Source: Synergistota bacterium
GTDB taxonomy: Bacteria > Synergistota > Synergistia > Synergistales > 79-D21
Length of the DNA stretch: 64,000 nucleotides
Direction of reading: 5' to 3'
Assembly: GCA_022839995.1 (NCBI GenBank)
Contig: JALHIN010000014.1
Span: 2,664-66,663 of the forward strand
Below, in pieces: positions 44,245-53,135 of the stretch. Below the pieces are notes generated by a model. That model was not told the origin of the DNA. It worked only from the letters and a program-made list of their open reading frames with translations, and did not search any database. A program made the translations under genes and the position numbers. Position 1 is the first letter of the stretch, and the number at the start of each line of letters is the position of its first letter.

Positions 44245-44277
44245 AAAAAAAGAGGGCCGCCCCCGAGGCGGCCCTCT
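44245..44277 (-). terminator. rho-independent terminator of the isf/dapA-like operon
   Basis: On the minus strand: AGAGGGCCGCC, loop, GGCGGCCCTCT, followed by TTTTTTT (the plus-strand A-run at 44245-44251). Confidence 0.75.
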
Positions 44278-44294
44278 TCAACGGGAGCCATTTT

Positions 44295-44846
44295 TCATAG
44301 ACTCTTGCCGAATCGTTCGGCTCGATCCAGCCATTCGGTCCCATCGATGTCCCCCCGGCGGTAGATTCCGTGCGCCAGGAGTTCGAGCAGGCTTTCCAGG
44401 CCGAGCAGTTCGCAGGAAGCGCGGTAGGCGAAACGGAGGCCATCGAAACAGTCCGGGTCGGTGTCTCCCGCGGTGGAGAAAAGGATGGATTTTTTCCCCT
44501 TCAGGGTGTAAAGCGCGTTCTCGGAAACAAAAGGAAGGAATCGGTCAATCGCGAGCTTGATCTGTCCACTCCAGGTGTACCAGTAAAGCGGAGATACGAA
44601 CAGGATCAACTCGGACCGCCTGAGAGCCTCGTAGATCTCCCGCATCGAATCGTCCAGCACGCAGGGTTTCCCGCCAGTCCAGCATTGCCTGCAATCCATG
44701 CAGCCCGATATAGCATTGGGTTCTTCCAGGTGAAATCGGAAGATTTCCCCCGCTTTTTCACCGGCTCCACGAAGGAAGGCTTCCGCCAGGCTTTCGCTGT
44801 TTCCCCCACGCCGTGGACTTCCAAAAAGCACCGTTGTCCCTTTCAT
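44295..44846 (-). CDS. iron-sulfur flavoprotein (Isf-like flavodoxin-fold NAD(P)H-dependent FMN reductase family)
   Basis: VLFGSPRRGGNSE is the FMN-binding N-terminus. The compact cluster motif is CMDCRQCWTGGKPC (Cx2Cx2Cx6C). AAGGAGG lies 7 nt before the ATG at 44846. Confidence 0.7.
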   Translation of the reverse strand: MKGTTVLFGSPRRGGNSESLAEAFLRGAGEKAGEIFRFHLEEPNAISGCMDCRQCWTGGKPCVLDDSMREIYEALRRSELILFVSPLYWYTWSGQIKLAIDRFLPFVSENALYTLKGKKSILFSTAGDTDPDCFDGLRFAYRASCELLGLESLLELLAHGIYRRGDIDGTEWLDRAERFGKSL

Positions 44847-45745
44847 CGCCATGCCTCCTTGTCGAGGTATTTCGTTTCCGTGAGAAGTTGGATGACTGTT
44901 TGCCGGGCAAGCGGGTCCAGCTCCAGGAGCGGCAAACGGCAAGGCCCCCCGTAAAGGCCTATGGCGTCCACGGCTGCCTTCAGCCCCGCGATACCGTATC
45001 CCTTGGTGACGGCGTGATTCAGGCGAAGAAGCCGATGCTGGATCTCCCTGGCTTCCTCGATCTTACCCGCAAGAAAAAGGTTCATAAGGCGGTTGCAGGC
45101 AGCCGGCAGGATGTTCGAGATCGCCAGCGTTCCGCCCGTGCAACCGACGGCCAACCCGGCGAGGAAGAAGCCCCCTGATCCGACGAATACGGAAAACCCT
45201 TGCCTGGCTTCGGAGCAGAGCATCGCGATTTGTACGATGTCGCCGGACGTGTCTTTGATGCCGATGATCGAAGGGTGTGCGGAGACTTCCCTGACACACT
45301 CCGGTGTCAGGTTGAAACCCGTGTTTGCCGGCATGTTGTAGAGGACGACCGGTACGGGAGAACTGTCTGCAAGCTTCCAGAAATAGGATCTCAAGGTTTC
45401 GACCGTGTTTTGTCCCTTGTAATAATGGGGTGGGAGCGCAAGGACCGCATCGGTGCCGGCGTCTGAAACGGCCCGACAAAGTTCCAGTGTTTCGGAAAGG
45501 CTCGGGCAGTGCACGCCGGTGATAACCGGTATCCTTCCTTTGGTTCGGGACACGACGCGTGCGGTCAGGTCGACCCGCTCGGCAAAGGAGAGGAAGGGGA
45601 ATTCGCCGTTGGAGCCCCCGACAACGAGTCCGTGCAAGGGAGAGGAAAGCCATTTTTCAAGGTTTTCGTCAAGAGCGTCCCAGGCAATTGTCCCGCCCGT
45701 TTGAAAAGGGGTCGGGATCGGGGCGAAGATGCCTTTGAGTTCCAT
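44843..45745 (-). CDS. dihydrodipicolinate synthase/N-acetylneuraminate lyase family aldolase
   Basis: GIFAPIPTPF, VGGSNGEF and the Schiff-base lysine context IIGIKDTSGD. Whether this is the true DapA cannot be decided from sequence. Confidence 0.75.
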   Translation of the reverse strand: MELKGIFAPIPTPFQTGGTIAWDALDENLEKWLSSPLHGLVVGGSNGEFPFLSFAERVDLTARVVSRTKGRIPVITGVHCPSLSETLELCRAVSDAGTDAVLALPPHYYKGQNTVETLRSYFWKLADSSPVPVVLYNMPANTGFNLTPECVREVSAHPSIIGIKDTSGDIVQIAMLCSEARQGFSVFVGSGGFFLAGLAVGCTGGTLAISNILPAACNRLMNLFLAGKIEEAREIQHRLLRLNHAVTKGYGIAGLKAAVDAIGLYGGPCRLPLLELDPLARQTVIQLLTETKYLDKEAWR

Positions 45746-45852
45746 TCTTGGTCTCACTCCTTTCATCCATTCGGAGTCTATCACAAAGGGGAAAACACTG
45801 GGGAAGAGGATTCCGTATAATAGGTTCGGGGCACCGCCCCACGGGAGGGAAA

Positions 45853-46824
45853 ATGGGGATTCTTCGTGTCGGCTGTTGTTCCTGGACTGACCCCGGGCTG
45901 GTGAAAAGTGGATGGTACCCTGCCGAAGCCCGAAGCGCCGAAAAGCGCTTGCGCTTTTACGCTTCGCGATTTGATACCGTGGAAGTCGACAGCACCTATT
46001 ACGCCATTCCCGAGGAGACCGCTGCCTGGAAGTGGGTCGCAAGGACTCAAAAGGGGTTTCTCTTCAATGTAAAAGTTTACGGCCTTTTTACCCTGCATAC
46101 CGTTGACCGGAGGCACGTTCCGCCCTGGGCGTTGTCGGAGATCAGAATGCACGGCAAGTCCGACAGGTTGACCCTCCGCGACTTTCCGAGGAGCCTACTC
46201 CTTGAAATCTGGGAAAAGTTCCGCAGAAGCATCGCTCCGCTTGAGGCAACCGGGAAGATGGGGTACCTTCTATTTCAGTTCCCGCCTGGAATCGAGTTTT
46301 CCCGCGTACTGGAAAAGTACCTGCATCGGGTACGGGAAGTATCCGGGCCCCTTCGGATCGCCGTCGAAGCAAGGAACGGGAAATGGCTCGAGGGAAGCTC
46401 CGGGGAACGGTTCCTGGGAACCCTTCGCGACCTGAACATGGCCTACGTTGCAGTGGACGAGCCGTCGCTTTCCTGGACGGTCCCACCGAAATGGCCGATC
46501 ACCGCAAGCTGGGGGAGCGTGATCCGGTTCCACGGCCGCAATGCTGCGGCATGGGAGAAAAGGGGAGCCGGGGTTTCCGAAAAGTTCCGGTATCTTTATT
46601 CACCGGAAGAACTGCGTCCCTGGAAGAACCGGGTTCTTGAAATATCTGCCAGGGTAGAAAGGCTTTTTGTGATGTTCAATAACTGTTACGGCGACTATGC
46701 GGTTCGGAACGCGACCTGGATGAAAAAGGCCCTGGGGTTGTCGGTCCAGGACGCAGAGGCCTCCCAGGGGCTGCTGGACTACAGTATTGCGGAAGAGCCG
46801 AGGATCCCGAAAACGGAGGAATGA
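45853..46824 (+). CDS. DUF72 (YecE/UPF0759) family protein
   Basis: ILRVGCCSWTD...FYASRFDTVEVDSTYY...FLFNVKV is typical DUF72. GGGAGGG serves as RBS. Confidence 0.75.
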   Translation: MGILRVGCCSWTDPGLVKSGWYPAEARSAEKRLRFYASRFDTVEVDSTYYAIPEETAAWKWVARTQKGFLFNVKVYGLFTLHTVDRRHVPPWALSEIRMHGKSDRLTLRDFPRSLLLEIWEKFRRSIAPLEATGKMGYLLFQFPPGIEFSRVLEKYLHRVREVSGPLRIAVEARNGKWLEGSSGERFLGTLRDLNMAYVAVDEPSLSWTVPPKWPITASWGSVIRFHGRNAAAWEKRGAGVSEKFRYLYSPEELRPWKNRVLEISARVERLFVMFNNCYGDYAVRNATWMKKALGLSVQDAEASQGLLDYSIAEEPRIPKTEE

Positions 46825-47192
46825 ACATGAAAATCCGGAGGACCTTTTCCTTTGATGCGGCCCATAAACTCGAATCCTACCACGGCAAGTGTGAAAGGCT
46901 TCACGGTCACACCTACGCTTTTTCCCTGACGGTCCAGGGGAAACCGGACCGGGAGGGAATGGTCCTGGATTTCGCGGAGCTGAAGAGGCTGACGGAAGAC
47001 AGGGTCCTTTCCAGGCTGGACCATGCCTACCTGAACGAACTGATGCCTCAACCGACTGCGGAGAACATCGCGGCATGGATTTGGAGATCAATGGAAGAGG
47101 GGATCCGGCAAATGGGATGCAGCCTTTGCGAGATCGAAGTCTGGGAAACGAAGGATTGTTCGGCGATCCTGACCCGGGAGGATCTCGAATGA
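46821..47192 (+). CDS. queD: 6-carboxy-5,6,7,8-tetrahydropterin synthase (QueD / PTPS family)
   Basis: FSFDAAHKL...KCERLHGHTY (CxxxHGH) and LDHAYLNE. Confidence 0.85.
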   Translation: MNMKIRRTFSFDAAHKLESYHGKCERLHGHTYAFSLTVQGKPDREGMVLDFAELKRLTEDRVLSRLDHAYLNELMPQPTAENIAAWIWRSMEEGIRQMGCSLCEIEVWETKDCSAILTREDLE

Positions 47193-47971
47193 GGGACGTC
47201 CAGAGTGAACGGGACACCCGGAACATCCCGATCGACCGGGTTGGCGTCAGTGGGGTTTCCTATCCCCTGGCAGTGATGGACCCGAACGAGAACGTCCAGC
47301 ACGTCACTGGAACGGTCAGGATGTCCGTCTCCCTTCCCAAGGATTTTCGCGGCACCCACATGAGCCGCTTTATCGAGGTGCTCGAAACGTGCAGGGGGAA
47401 GATGACCCTGGGAAACCTGGAAGAAATCGTGGATGCTCTTAAGGAACAGCTTGCCGCGCCTGAAGCCGAAGTTGCGATCGCCTTCCCCTATTTTGTCCGG
47501 CGGGCAGCTCCGGTCAGCAGGGCCGAGAGCTATACCCGCACCGACGTCGAGTTCTGGGCGATGAAAGCACAACAGTTCGATTTCGTCCTGAAGGTCGGGG
47601 TTCCGGTCCAGACGTTGTGTCCCTGTTCAAGGGAGATCTCGCAATACGGTGCCCACAACCAGAGGGCGCGAGTCGAAATCGAAATCCGGATGAGGAGGCT
47701 CGTCTGGATCGAGGATCTGGTTTCCGTTGCCGAACAGTCGGCATCAGCGCCCGTTTTGACGCTCGTGAAGAGGGAAGACGAGAAAGCCCTTACGGAAATG
47801 GCATTTTTGAACCCCAGGTTCGTGGAAGACGTTGTTCGGGAAGTATCGGTTAGACTTGATCGGGACGATAGGATCAAGTGGTACCGGGTTTCCGTCCTCA
47901 GCGAGGAGAGCATCCACAACCACCAGGCTTTCGCGTGCCTGGAACGTTTCGTGTCGCCCCCAACACCTTGA
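47189..47971 (+). CDS. folE2: GTP cyclohydrolase I type 2 (FolE2 / GCYH-IB)
   Basis: IPIDRVGVSGVSYPL, GTHMSRF and LCPCSREISQYGAHNQR. It has an ATGA overlap with queD. Confidence 0.85.
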   Translation: MRDVQSERDTRNIPIDRVGVSGVSYPLAVMDPNENVQHVTGTVRMSVSLPKDFRGTHMSRFIEVLETCRGKMTLGNLEEIVDALKEQLAAPEAEVAIAFPYFVRRAAPVSRAESYTRTDVEFWAMKAQQFDFVLKVGVPVQTLCPCSREISQYGAHNQRARVEIEIRMRRLVWIEDLVSVAEQSASAPVLTLVKREDEKALTEMAFLNPRFVEDVVREVSVRLDRDDRIKWYRVSVLSEESIHNHQAFACLERFVSPPTP

Positions 47972-47986
47972 GAGGAGGAACAGGGA

Positions 47987-48964
47987 ATGAAAGTCCTTTT
48001 TGCCGGGAGTGCGTTCGATCGGATCAAGGAGAGTTTCCTCTCCCTCTTCGACGGCATGGAGGTCCGGGTTGCCAGGGACAACGAGGTCGACGAAGCGCTT
48101 CCCTGGGCGGAAGTCCTCGTCACTGCCCCAAGGGCCCTGGACGAAGAGTTCCTGGCGAGGGCGGTTTCACTGAAGTTGGTCCAGCAATGGGGTACCGGAA
48201 TCGAAGGGGTCGATTTGAAGGCCTGTTCAAAACGCGGGATCACCGTCTGCAACGTCCCATCGAGAGGAACGGGAAATGCTGAAAGTGTCGCGGAAATCGC
48301 CCTTTTGCTGATGCTTCTGCTGGCTAGGCGTTTTCCGAGAGCCCAGGAAAACCTGCTGAAGATCGGGCGGGTCCATGCCCCGAAAGGGATTGCGCTCTGG
48401 AAGCGCAAGGCCTGCGTGGTCGGGCTGGGAGGATTGGGCCAATGCATCACCGAGAGGCTGCTTTGTCTTGGAATGGAAATTGTCGGCGTGAACAGGACCG
48501 TTCGGCCGGAATTTCGGGCCTGGGGCATTCAAACGGTGCATCCTCTCGAAGAACTGGAAAAAGCAGTGGCCGGTGCCGACTTTCTCGTGCTTGCCCTTCC
48601 CCTGAACGAAGACACGGCTCATATCGTAGACCGGAAGATACTCCGGGCTCTCGGACCGAAAGGGTACCTGGTGAACGTCGCTCGAGGGGGGCTTGTCGTA
48701 AGGGAGGACCTGGAGGCTGCGCTGGACGAAGGAGAAATTGCCGGGGCCGGCCTCGACGTTTTCTGGATTGAGCCTCCGGACCCGAACGATCCCCTGCTGA
48801 GGCGAAGCAACGTGGTGGCGACCCCGCACATCGGGGGAGTGACCGACGAAGGACTTCAAGGAGTTGCCCGATTTATCAAAAACAACCTGGAACGTTTCGC
48901 TCGGGGAGAAGCCCCGCTTTCACAGGTTCGTTTCCCCTCGGAACGGGGAGAAAAGAGGTCGTGA
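47987..48964 (+). CDS. D-isomer-specific 2-hydroxyacid dehydrogenase family protein
   Basis: NAD-binding VVGLGGLGQ, NVARGGLV, and the catalytic His in TPHIGG. Confidence 0.8.
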   Translation: MKVLFAGSAFDRIKESFLSLFDGMEVRVARDNEVDEALPWAEVLVTAPRALDEEFLARAVSLKLVQQWGTGIEGVDLKACSKRGITVCNVPSRGTGNAESVAEIALLLMLLLARRFPRAQENLLKIGRVHAPKGIALWKRKACVVGLGGLGQCITERLLCLGMEIVGVNRTVRPEFRAWGIQTVHPLEELEKAVAGADFLVLALPLNEDTAHIVDRKILRALGPKGYLVNVARGGLVVREDLEAALDEGEIAGAGLDVFWIEPPDPNDPLLRRSNVVATPHIGGVTDEGLQGVARFIKNNLERFARGEAPLSQVRFPSERGEKRS

Positions 48965-50163
48965 TGCCGCTGAAGCAAGCCGTACTGGGCCGGAAAGACC
49001 TTGAAAAAATCCCTGGCCGTCATCCCTGGTTTTTCCGGGGAGATTTCGACAGGTTGCCCATGGAGGAGCAGAACGGGGCACTAATTCCGGTCACCACGCC
49101 GAAGGGCAGCGTATTGGGATGGGGGTTGTTCAGTCCCGGAGCTTCCCTGTGCGTCAGGATCCTTTCCTGGAAAGCCGAACGGCCGGACCTGGAAAGACTG
49201 TTTGAAAAGCGGGTCCAGGAAGCGGAGAAGAGAAGGCGCCCCTTCCTCGGAAAAGGGGAGGATGCTTACCGGTGGGTTCACGGCGAAGCCGACGGGCTGC
49301 CGGGCCTGGTTGTCGACAGGTACGGCCCGGTTGTCGTTGTCCAGACACTATGCGCCGGAATGTACCGGTCCCTGGATATCCTTGCGAAGGTCCTGGCCGG
49401 GTACCCGGGAGTCGATGCCCTCGTTCTGCGGAATGAAGCGAAATACCTTGAAAACGAGGGAATTCCAAGGGAAAAGAAACTTCTTTACGGCAAGTTGCCG
49501 GCCAATATTCCCTTCCCGGTACGAGCCGGTGAAATCAAAAGCCTGGTCGACCCCTTCAAAGGCCAGAAAACGGGACTCTACCTCGATGTCCGAAAGGCTC
49601 CGAACCTGATTCAGCCTCTTTGTCCCGGGGCAAGGGTATTGGACGCCTTTTCCTACACCGGGAATTTTTCCATCCATGCCTTGCACTGGGGCGCAAGCGA
49701 AATCCTGGCCCTGGACCAGTCCGCAGAAGCCCTGGGGGTAGCGAAAGACAATCTCGAGCTGAATGGATTCCGAGAATCCGGGAATGTCGTCCTGGAAGAG
49801 TGTAATGTCTTTGACCGCCTGAAAGAACTGGACGAGCGGAAAAGGTCCTTCGACCTCGTCATCATGGACCCCCCGCCTTTTGCCCCTTCGAGGAAACAGC
49901 TGGAGGGAGCCAGGAGGGGATACAAGGAACTGGCCGTCAGGTCCTTGAAGATGACCGCGGAGGGCGGATCGGTGCTTTTTTTTTCCTGCAGCCAGGCGTT
50001 CGGGAGGGAAGTCCTGCTGGACGTTCTTTCGGAAGCGGCAAGGGACGTCAAAAGGGAATGCCGCGTCATGGCCGAATTTCACCAGCCGCAGGATCACCCC
50101 GTGAGCCTGAACTTCCCTGAAAGCGATTACCTGAAAGGTTTCCTGCTGGAGGTCCAGGCATGA
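48961..50163 (+). CDS. class I SAM-dependent rRNA methyltransferase (RlmI-like, PUA + MTase)
   Basis: HPWFFRGD marks a PUA-like N-terminus. VLDAFSYTGNFS and DLVIMDPPPFA are methyltransferase motifs. Confidence 0.75.
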   Translation: MMPLKQAVLGRKDLEKIPGRHPWFFRGDFDRLPMEEQNGALIPVTTPKGSVLGWGLFSPGASLCVRILSWKAERPDLERLFEKRVQEAEKRRRPFLGKGEDAYRWVHGEADGLPGLVVDRYGPVVVVQTLCAGMYRSLDILAKVLAGYPGVDALVLRNEAKYLENEGIPREKKLLYGKLPANIPFPVRAGEIKSLVDPFKGQKTGLYLDVRKAPNLIQPLCPGARVLDAFSYTGNFSIHALHWGASEILALDQSAEALGVAKDNLELNGFRESGNVVLEECNVFDRLKELDERKRSFDLVIMDPPPFAPSRKQLEGARRGYKELAVRSLKMTAEGGSVLFFSCSQAFGREVLLDVLSEAARDVKRECRVMAEFHQPQDHPVSLNFPESDYLKGFLLEVQA

Positions 50164-50801
50164 AGCAGAAGATCGAGGCGGTTCTGTTCGATTTTGACAT
50201 GACCCTGATCGACAGCAGTCATGCGATTACACGCTGCATGAACGGGATGGCGGAAGACCTGGGCCTCCCGAGGGTTTCCCGGGAGCAGGTTCTTTCCACC
50301 ATCGGTTTGCCGATCGAAGCGGCCTGGAGAACAGTTTGGGGGGATTTCAGGCCGGAATGGCTCGAGCATTACAGGAATCGGTACAGTGCCCTGGAAAGGA
50401 GCGAGCTGAAACCGTTTCCTGGAGCCATCTTGCTGCTCGAAAGGCTGGGGCGGAAGAAAATCCGGCGTGGAGTCGTGACGAACCGACGGTATGCCCGGGT
50501 TTCGGTTGAAGCGGTAGGTCTGGCTTCTTACTTCGAGGCAATCGTCGGGCTTGAATCCGTGGAAAGGCCGAAACCGTTTCCGGACTCCCTGGAGCTAGGG
50601 CTGAAACTGCTGAACGTGCGTCCCGAAGGCGCCGTGTTTGTCGGGGACACCGACATCGACGTAAAGACCGGAATCGCAGCCGGTGTCAGGGTCGTGGGAA
50701 TTACGTCCGGGAATCACGGAGAAGGGGAATTGTCCGCGGCGGGGGCTTGGAAAACGGTTCCCGACCTCGAAGCTCTCGGCAGACTGTTGGGATTCGAATG
50801 A
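50160..50801 (+). CDS. HAD family hydrolase (phosphoglycolate phosphatase / PpaX-like)
   Basis: Motif I FDFDMTLIDS, motif II VVTNR, motif IV VGDTDIDV. Confidence 0.75.
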   Translation: MKQKIEAVLFDFDMTLIDSSHAITRCMNGMAEDLGLPRVSREQVLSTIGLPIEAAWRTVWGDFRPEWLEHYRNRYSALERSELKPFPGAILLLERLGRKKIRRGVVTNRRYARVSVEAVGLASYFEAIVGLESVERPKPFPDSLELGLKLLNVRPEGAVFVGDTDIDVKTGIAAGVRVVGITSGNHGEGELSAAGAWKTVPDLEALGRLLGFE

Positions 50802-50840
50802 CTTGGTGTGGCAACAGGAGTAGGGGTAGAAAATCCACTC

Positions 50841-50856
50841 CCCCTATATGTTGTGT
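50841..50856 (+). promoter_or_regulatory. candidate NrdR box upstream of nrdJ
   Basis: CCCCTATATGTTGTGT matches 13 of 16 positions of the remembered NrdR-box consensus acaCwAtATaTwGtgt. It lies just upstream of a possible promoter (TTGTAG 50865-50870, 17 nt, GATAAT 50888-50893). Confidence 0.45.
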
Positions 50857-50928
50857 TTTATCCCTTGTAGAAGGGGGCGTTCCGGAAGATAATGGGATCG
50901 ACGATGATTCCATGAGGGGGGCCTCACG

Positions 50929-53112
50929 ATGAAGGCGGACGGAAAGAACGCGGTTTTCTCCAAGAACGCGATCAAGGTCCTTGAAAAACGGTACCTGCGC
51001 AAGGACGAAGAAGGAAATGTCCTTGAAACCCCGGAGGAAATGCTGTGGCGGGTTGCCACTTCAGTCGCGGCTGCAGAGGAAGCCTGGAACCAGGATCGGG
51101 AAAAGCGAGCTGCAGAATTTTACGAGATCATGGCATCCCTGCAATTCCTACCGAACTCTCCGACGCTGATGAACGCGGGTTCCGAACTGGGGCAGCTCTC
51201 GGCCTGCTTCGTCCTGCCGATCGGGGACAGCATGGAAGAAATCTTCGATACGCTGAAGGCGACGGCCCTTGTTCACAAGAGCGGGGGCGGAACGGGGTTC
51301 AACTTCTCGAGAATCCGGCCTGCTGGAGATCGCGTTCGATCGACATCCGGGGTTGCTTCGGGTCCGATTTCCTTCATGGAACTCTTCAACGAGGCGACGG
51401 AAGTCGTGAAGCAGGGAGGGATGCGAAGGGGAGCCAACATGGGGATCCTGGAAGTCACCCATCCGGACATCTTCGATTTCATCCGGGCAAAGACGGCCCG
51501 CGGAAGACTATCGAATTTCAACCTCTCGGTGGGAGTGCCGGATTCCTTCATGCGGGCGGTCAAGGAAGACTCGGATTGGGAACTACGAAACCCCCGAACC
51601 GGGAAGACCGTTTCCACGGTCAAGGCTGCGGAAATTTTCGATTTGCTGGTCCAATCGGCATGGGCCACCGGAGATCCCGGACTGGTTTTCCTCGACCGGA
51701 TCAACGAAAAAAACCCGACGCCGCACATCGGCCGGATCGATTCGACGAATCCCTGCGGGGAACAGCCCCTTCTTCCCTACGAGAGTTGCAACCTGGGATC
51801 GATCAACCTGGTCCGGTTTTTGGGCAGTGACGGGGATTTCGACTGGGAGGCCCTGGCGGGTACGATCGAGACGGCGGTTCGCTTCCTCGACGATGTCATC
51901 GAGATGAACCATTATCCCCTGCCGGCGATAGGAGAGATGAGCCGGAAGAACCGGAAAATCGGCCTAGGGATCATGGGATGGGCTGAGGTCCTCTTTGAAA
52001 AGGGGATTGCTTACGGGAGCCGTGAATCGCTGGAGCTTGCCGAGGAGGTCATGTCGTTCATCCAGTCGAAGGGGCACGCCGCTAGCGAGGCATTGGCCGA
52101 GGAAAGGGGCTGCTTCCCCAACTGGAAGGGCAGCCTTTGGGAGAAATTGGGGAAAAAAATGAGAAACGCGACGGTGACGACGATCGCCCCGACAGGAACC
52201 CTTTCGATCCTGGCAGACTGCTCGAGCGGCATCGAGCCCGTTTTCGCGCTAGCCTACCAGCGGAAAACCTTCGAAACGGAAACCCTGAACGTCGTAAACG
52301 GCATCCTTTTAAGGAAGCTCGAGGAAGCGGGGCTCATGCGCCCGGGACTGATCGAGGCGATCGGGGAGTCAGGCTCGCTGAAAGGGCTTGATCTCCCGGA
52401 AGATTTCAAGAGGGTCTTCCGGACCTCCCACGAAATTCATTTTGAAGATCACGTCAGGACGCAGGCGGCCTTTCAAAAGTACACCGACAACGCAGTCAGC
52501 AAGACGATCAATTTTCCGAACGAAGCGGGCCTGGAGGAGATTCGCCAGGCATTTTGGCTTGCCTTCGATTCGGGGTGCAAGGGGATCACAGTCTACCGGG
52601 ACCGCTGCAAGGAAAACCAGGTCCTGTACTCAGGACTCAAGGAGAAGGCCGAACCCCCCAAAACCGAAGCAAAGACCGTGCCGAGACGCAGGCCCGCGAT
52701 GCTCCGGGGAACAACGGTCAAGATCCCGACTGCCTTCGGCAACCTCTACCTCACGGTAAACGAAATGGACTCAAGGCCGTTCGAAGTCTTCGCGACGCTG
52801 GGAAAATCAGGCAAGGACACGCAGGCTCACACGGAGGCCTTGGGCCGCCTGATCTCGCTGGCGCTTCGAAGCGGAGTGCCCGTCGAAGAAGTCGTCAGCC
52901 AGCTCAAGGGAATCGGCGGAAGCCAGCCGGTGTGGGAGGAAGACGGAATCATCCTGAGCCTTCCGGATGCGATCGCCAGGGGGTTGGAAAAGGCGGGGGG
53001 CTTCAAGGTCGAGGAATCAACCGTCGAGATGTGCCCCTGCTGCGGTTCTTCCTTAATCCACAGCGAGGGTTGTACGCGCTGCAGGAGTTGCGATTTTTCC
53101 AAATGCGATTAA
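50929..53112 (+). CDS. nrdJ: adenosylcobalamin-dependent ribonucleotide reductase (class II)
   Basis: FSKNAIKVLEKRYL, LQFLPNSPTLMNAG and the active-site STNPCGEQPL...SCNLGSINL. The gene is ~727 aa, with a C-terminal Cys-rich tail CPCCGS...CTRCRSC. Confidence 0.9.
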   Translation: MKADGKNAVFSKNAIKVLEKRYLRKDEEGNVLETPEEMLWRVATSVAAAEEAWNQDREKRAAEFYEIMASLQFLPNSPTLMNAGSELGQLSACFVLPIGDSMEEIFDTLKATALVHKSGGGTGFNFSRIRPAGDRVRSTSGVASGPISFMELFNEATEVVKQGGMRRGANMGILEVTHPDIFDFIRAKTARGRLSNFNLSVGVPDSFMRAVKEDSDWELRNPRTGKTVSTVKAAEIFDLLVQSAWATGDPGLVFLDRINEKNPTPHIGRIDSTNPCGEQPLLPYESCNLGSINLVRFLGSDGDFDWEALAGTIETAVRFLDDVIEMNHYPLPAIGEMSRKNRKIGLGIMGWAEVLFEKGIAYGSRESLELAEEVMSFIQSKGHAASEALAEERGCFPNWKGSLWEKLGKKMRNATVTTIAPTGTLSILADCSSGIEPVFALAYQRKTFETETLNVVNGILLRKLEEAGLMRPGLIEAIGESGSLKGLDLPEDFKRVFRTSHEIHFEDHVRTQAAFQKYTDNAVSKTINFPNEAGLEEIRQAFWLAFDSGCKGITVYRDRCKENQVLYSGLKEKAEPPKTEAKTVPRRRPAMLRGTTVKIPTAFGNLYLTVNEMDSRPFEVFATLGKSGKDTQAHTEALGRLISLALRSGVPVEEVVSQLKGIGGSQPVWEEDGIILSLPDAIARGLEKAGGFKVEESTVEMCPCCGSSLIHSEGCTRCRSCDFSKCD

Positions 53113-53135
53113 AGTTAAAGCAGGAGGGCCCGGGA

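Noticed and set aside
50802-50928. Possible cobalamin riboswitch in the nrdJ leader.
   Set aside because: The leader is only ~127 nt, of which at most ~35 nt lies downstream of the likely promoter. That is far too short for a B12 riboswitch, and I saw no B12-box.
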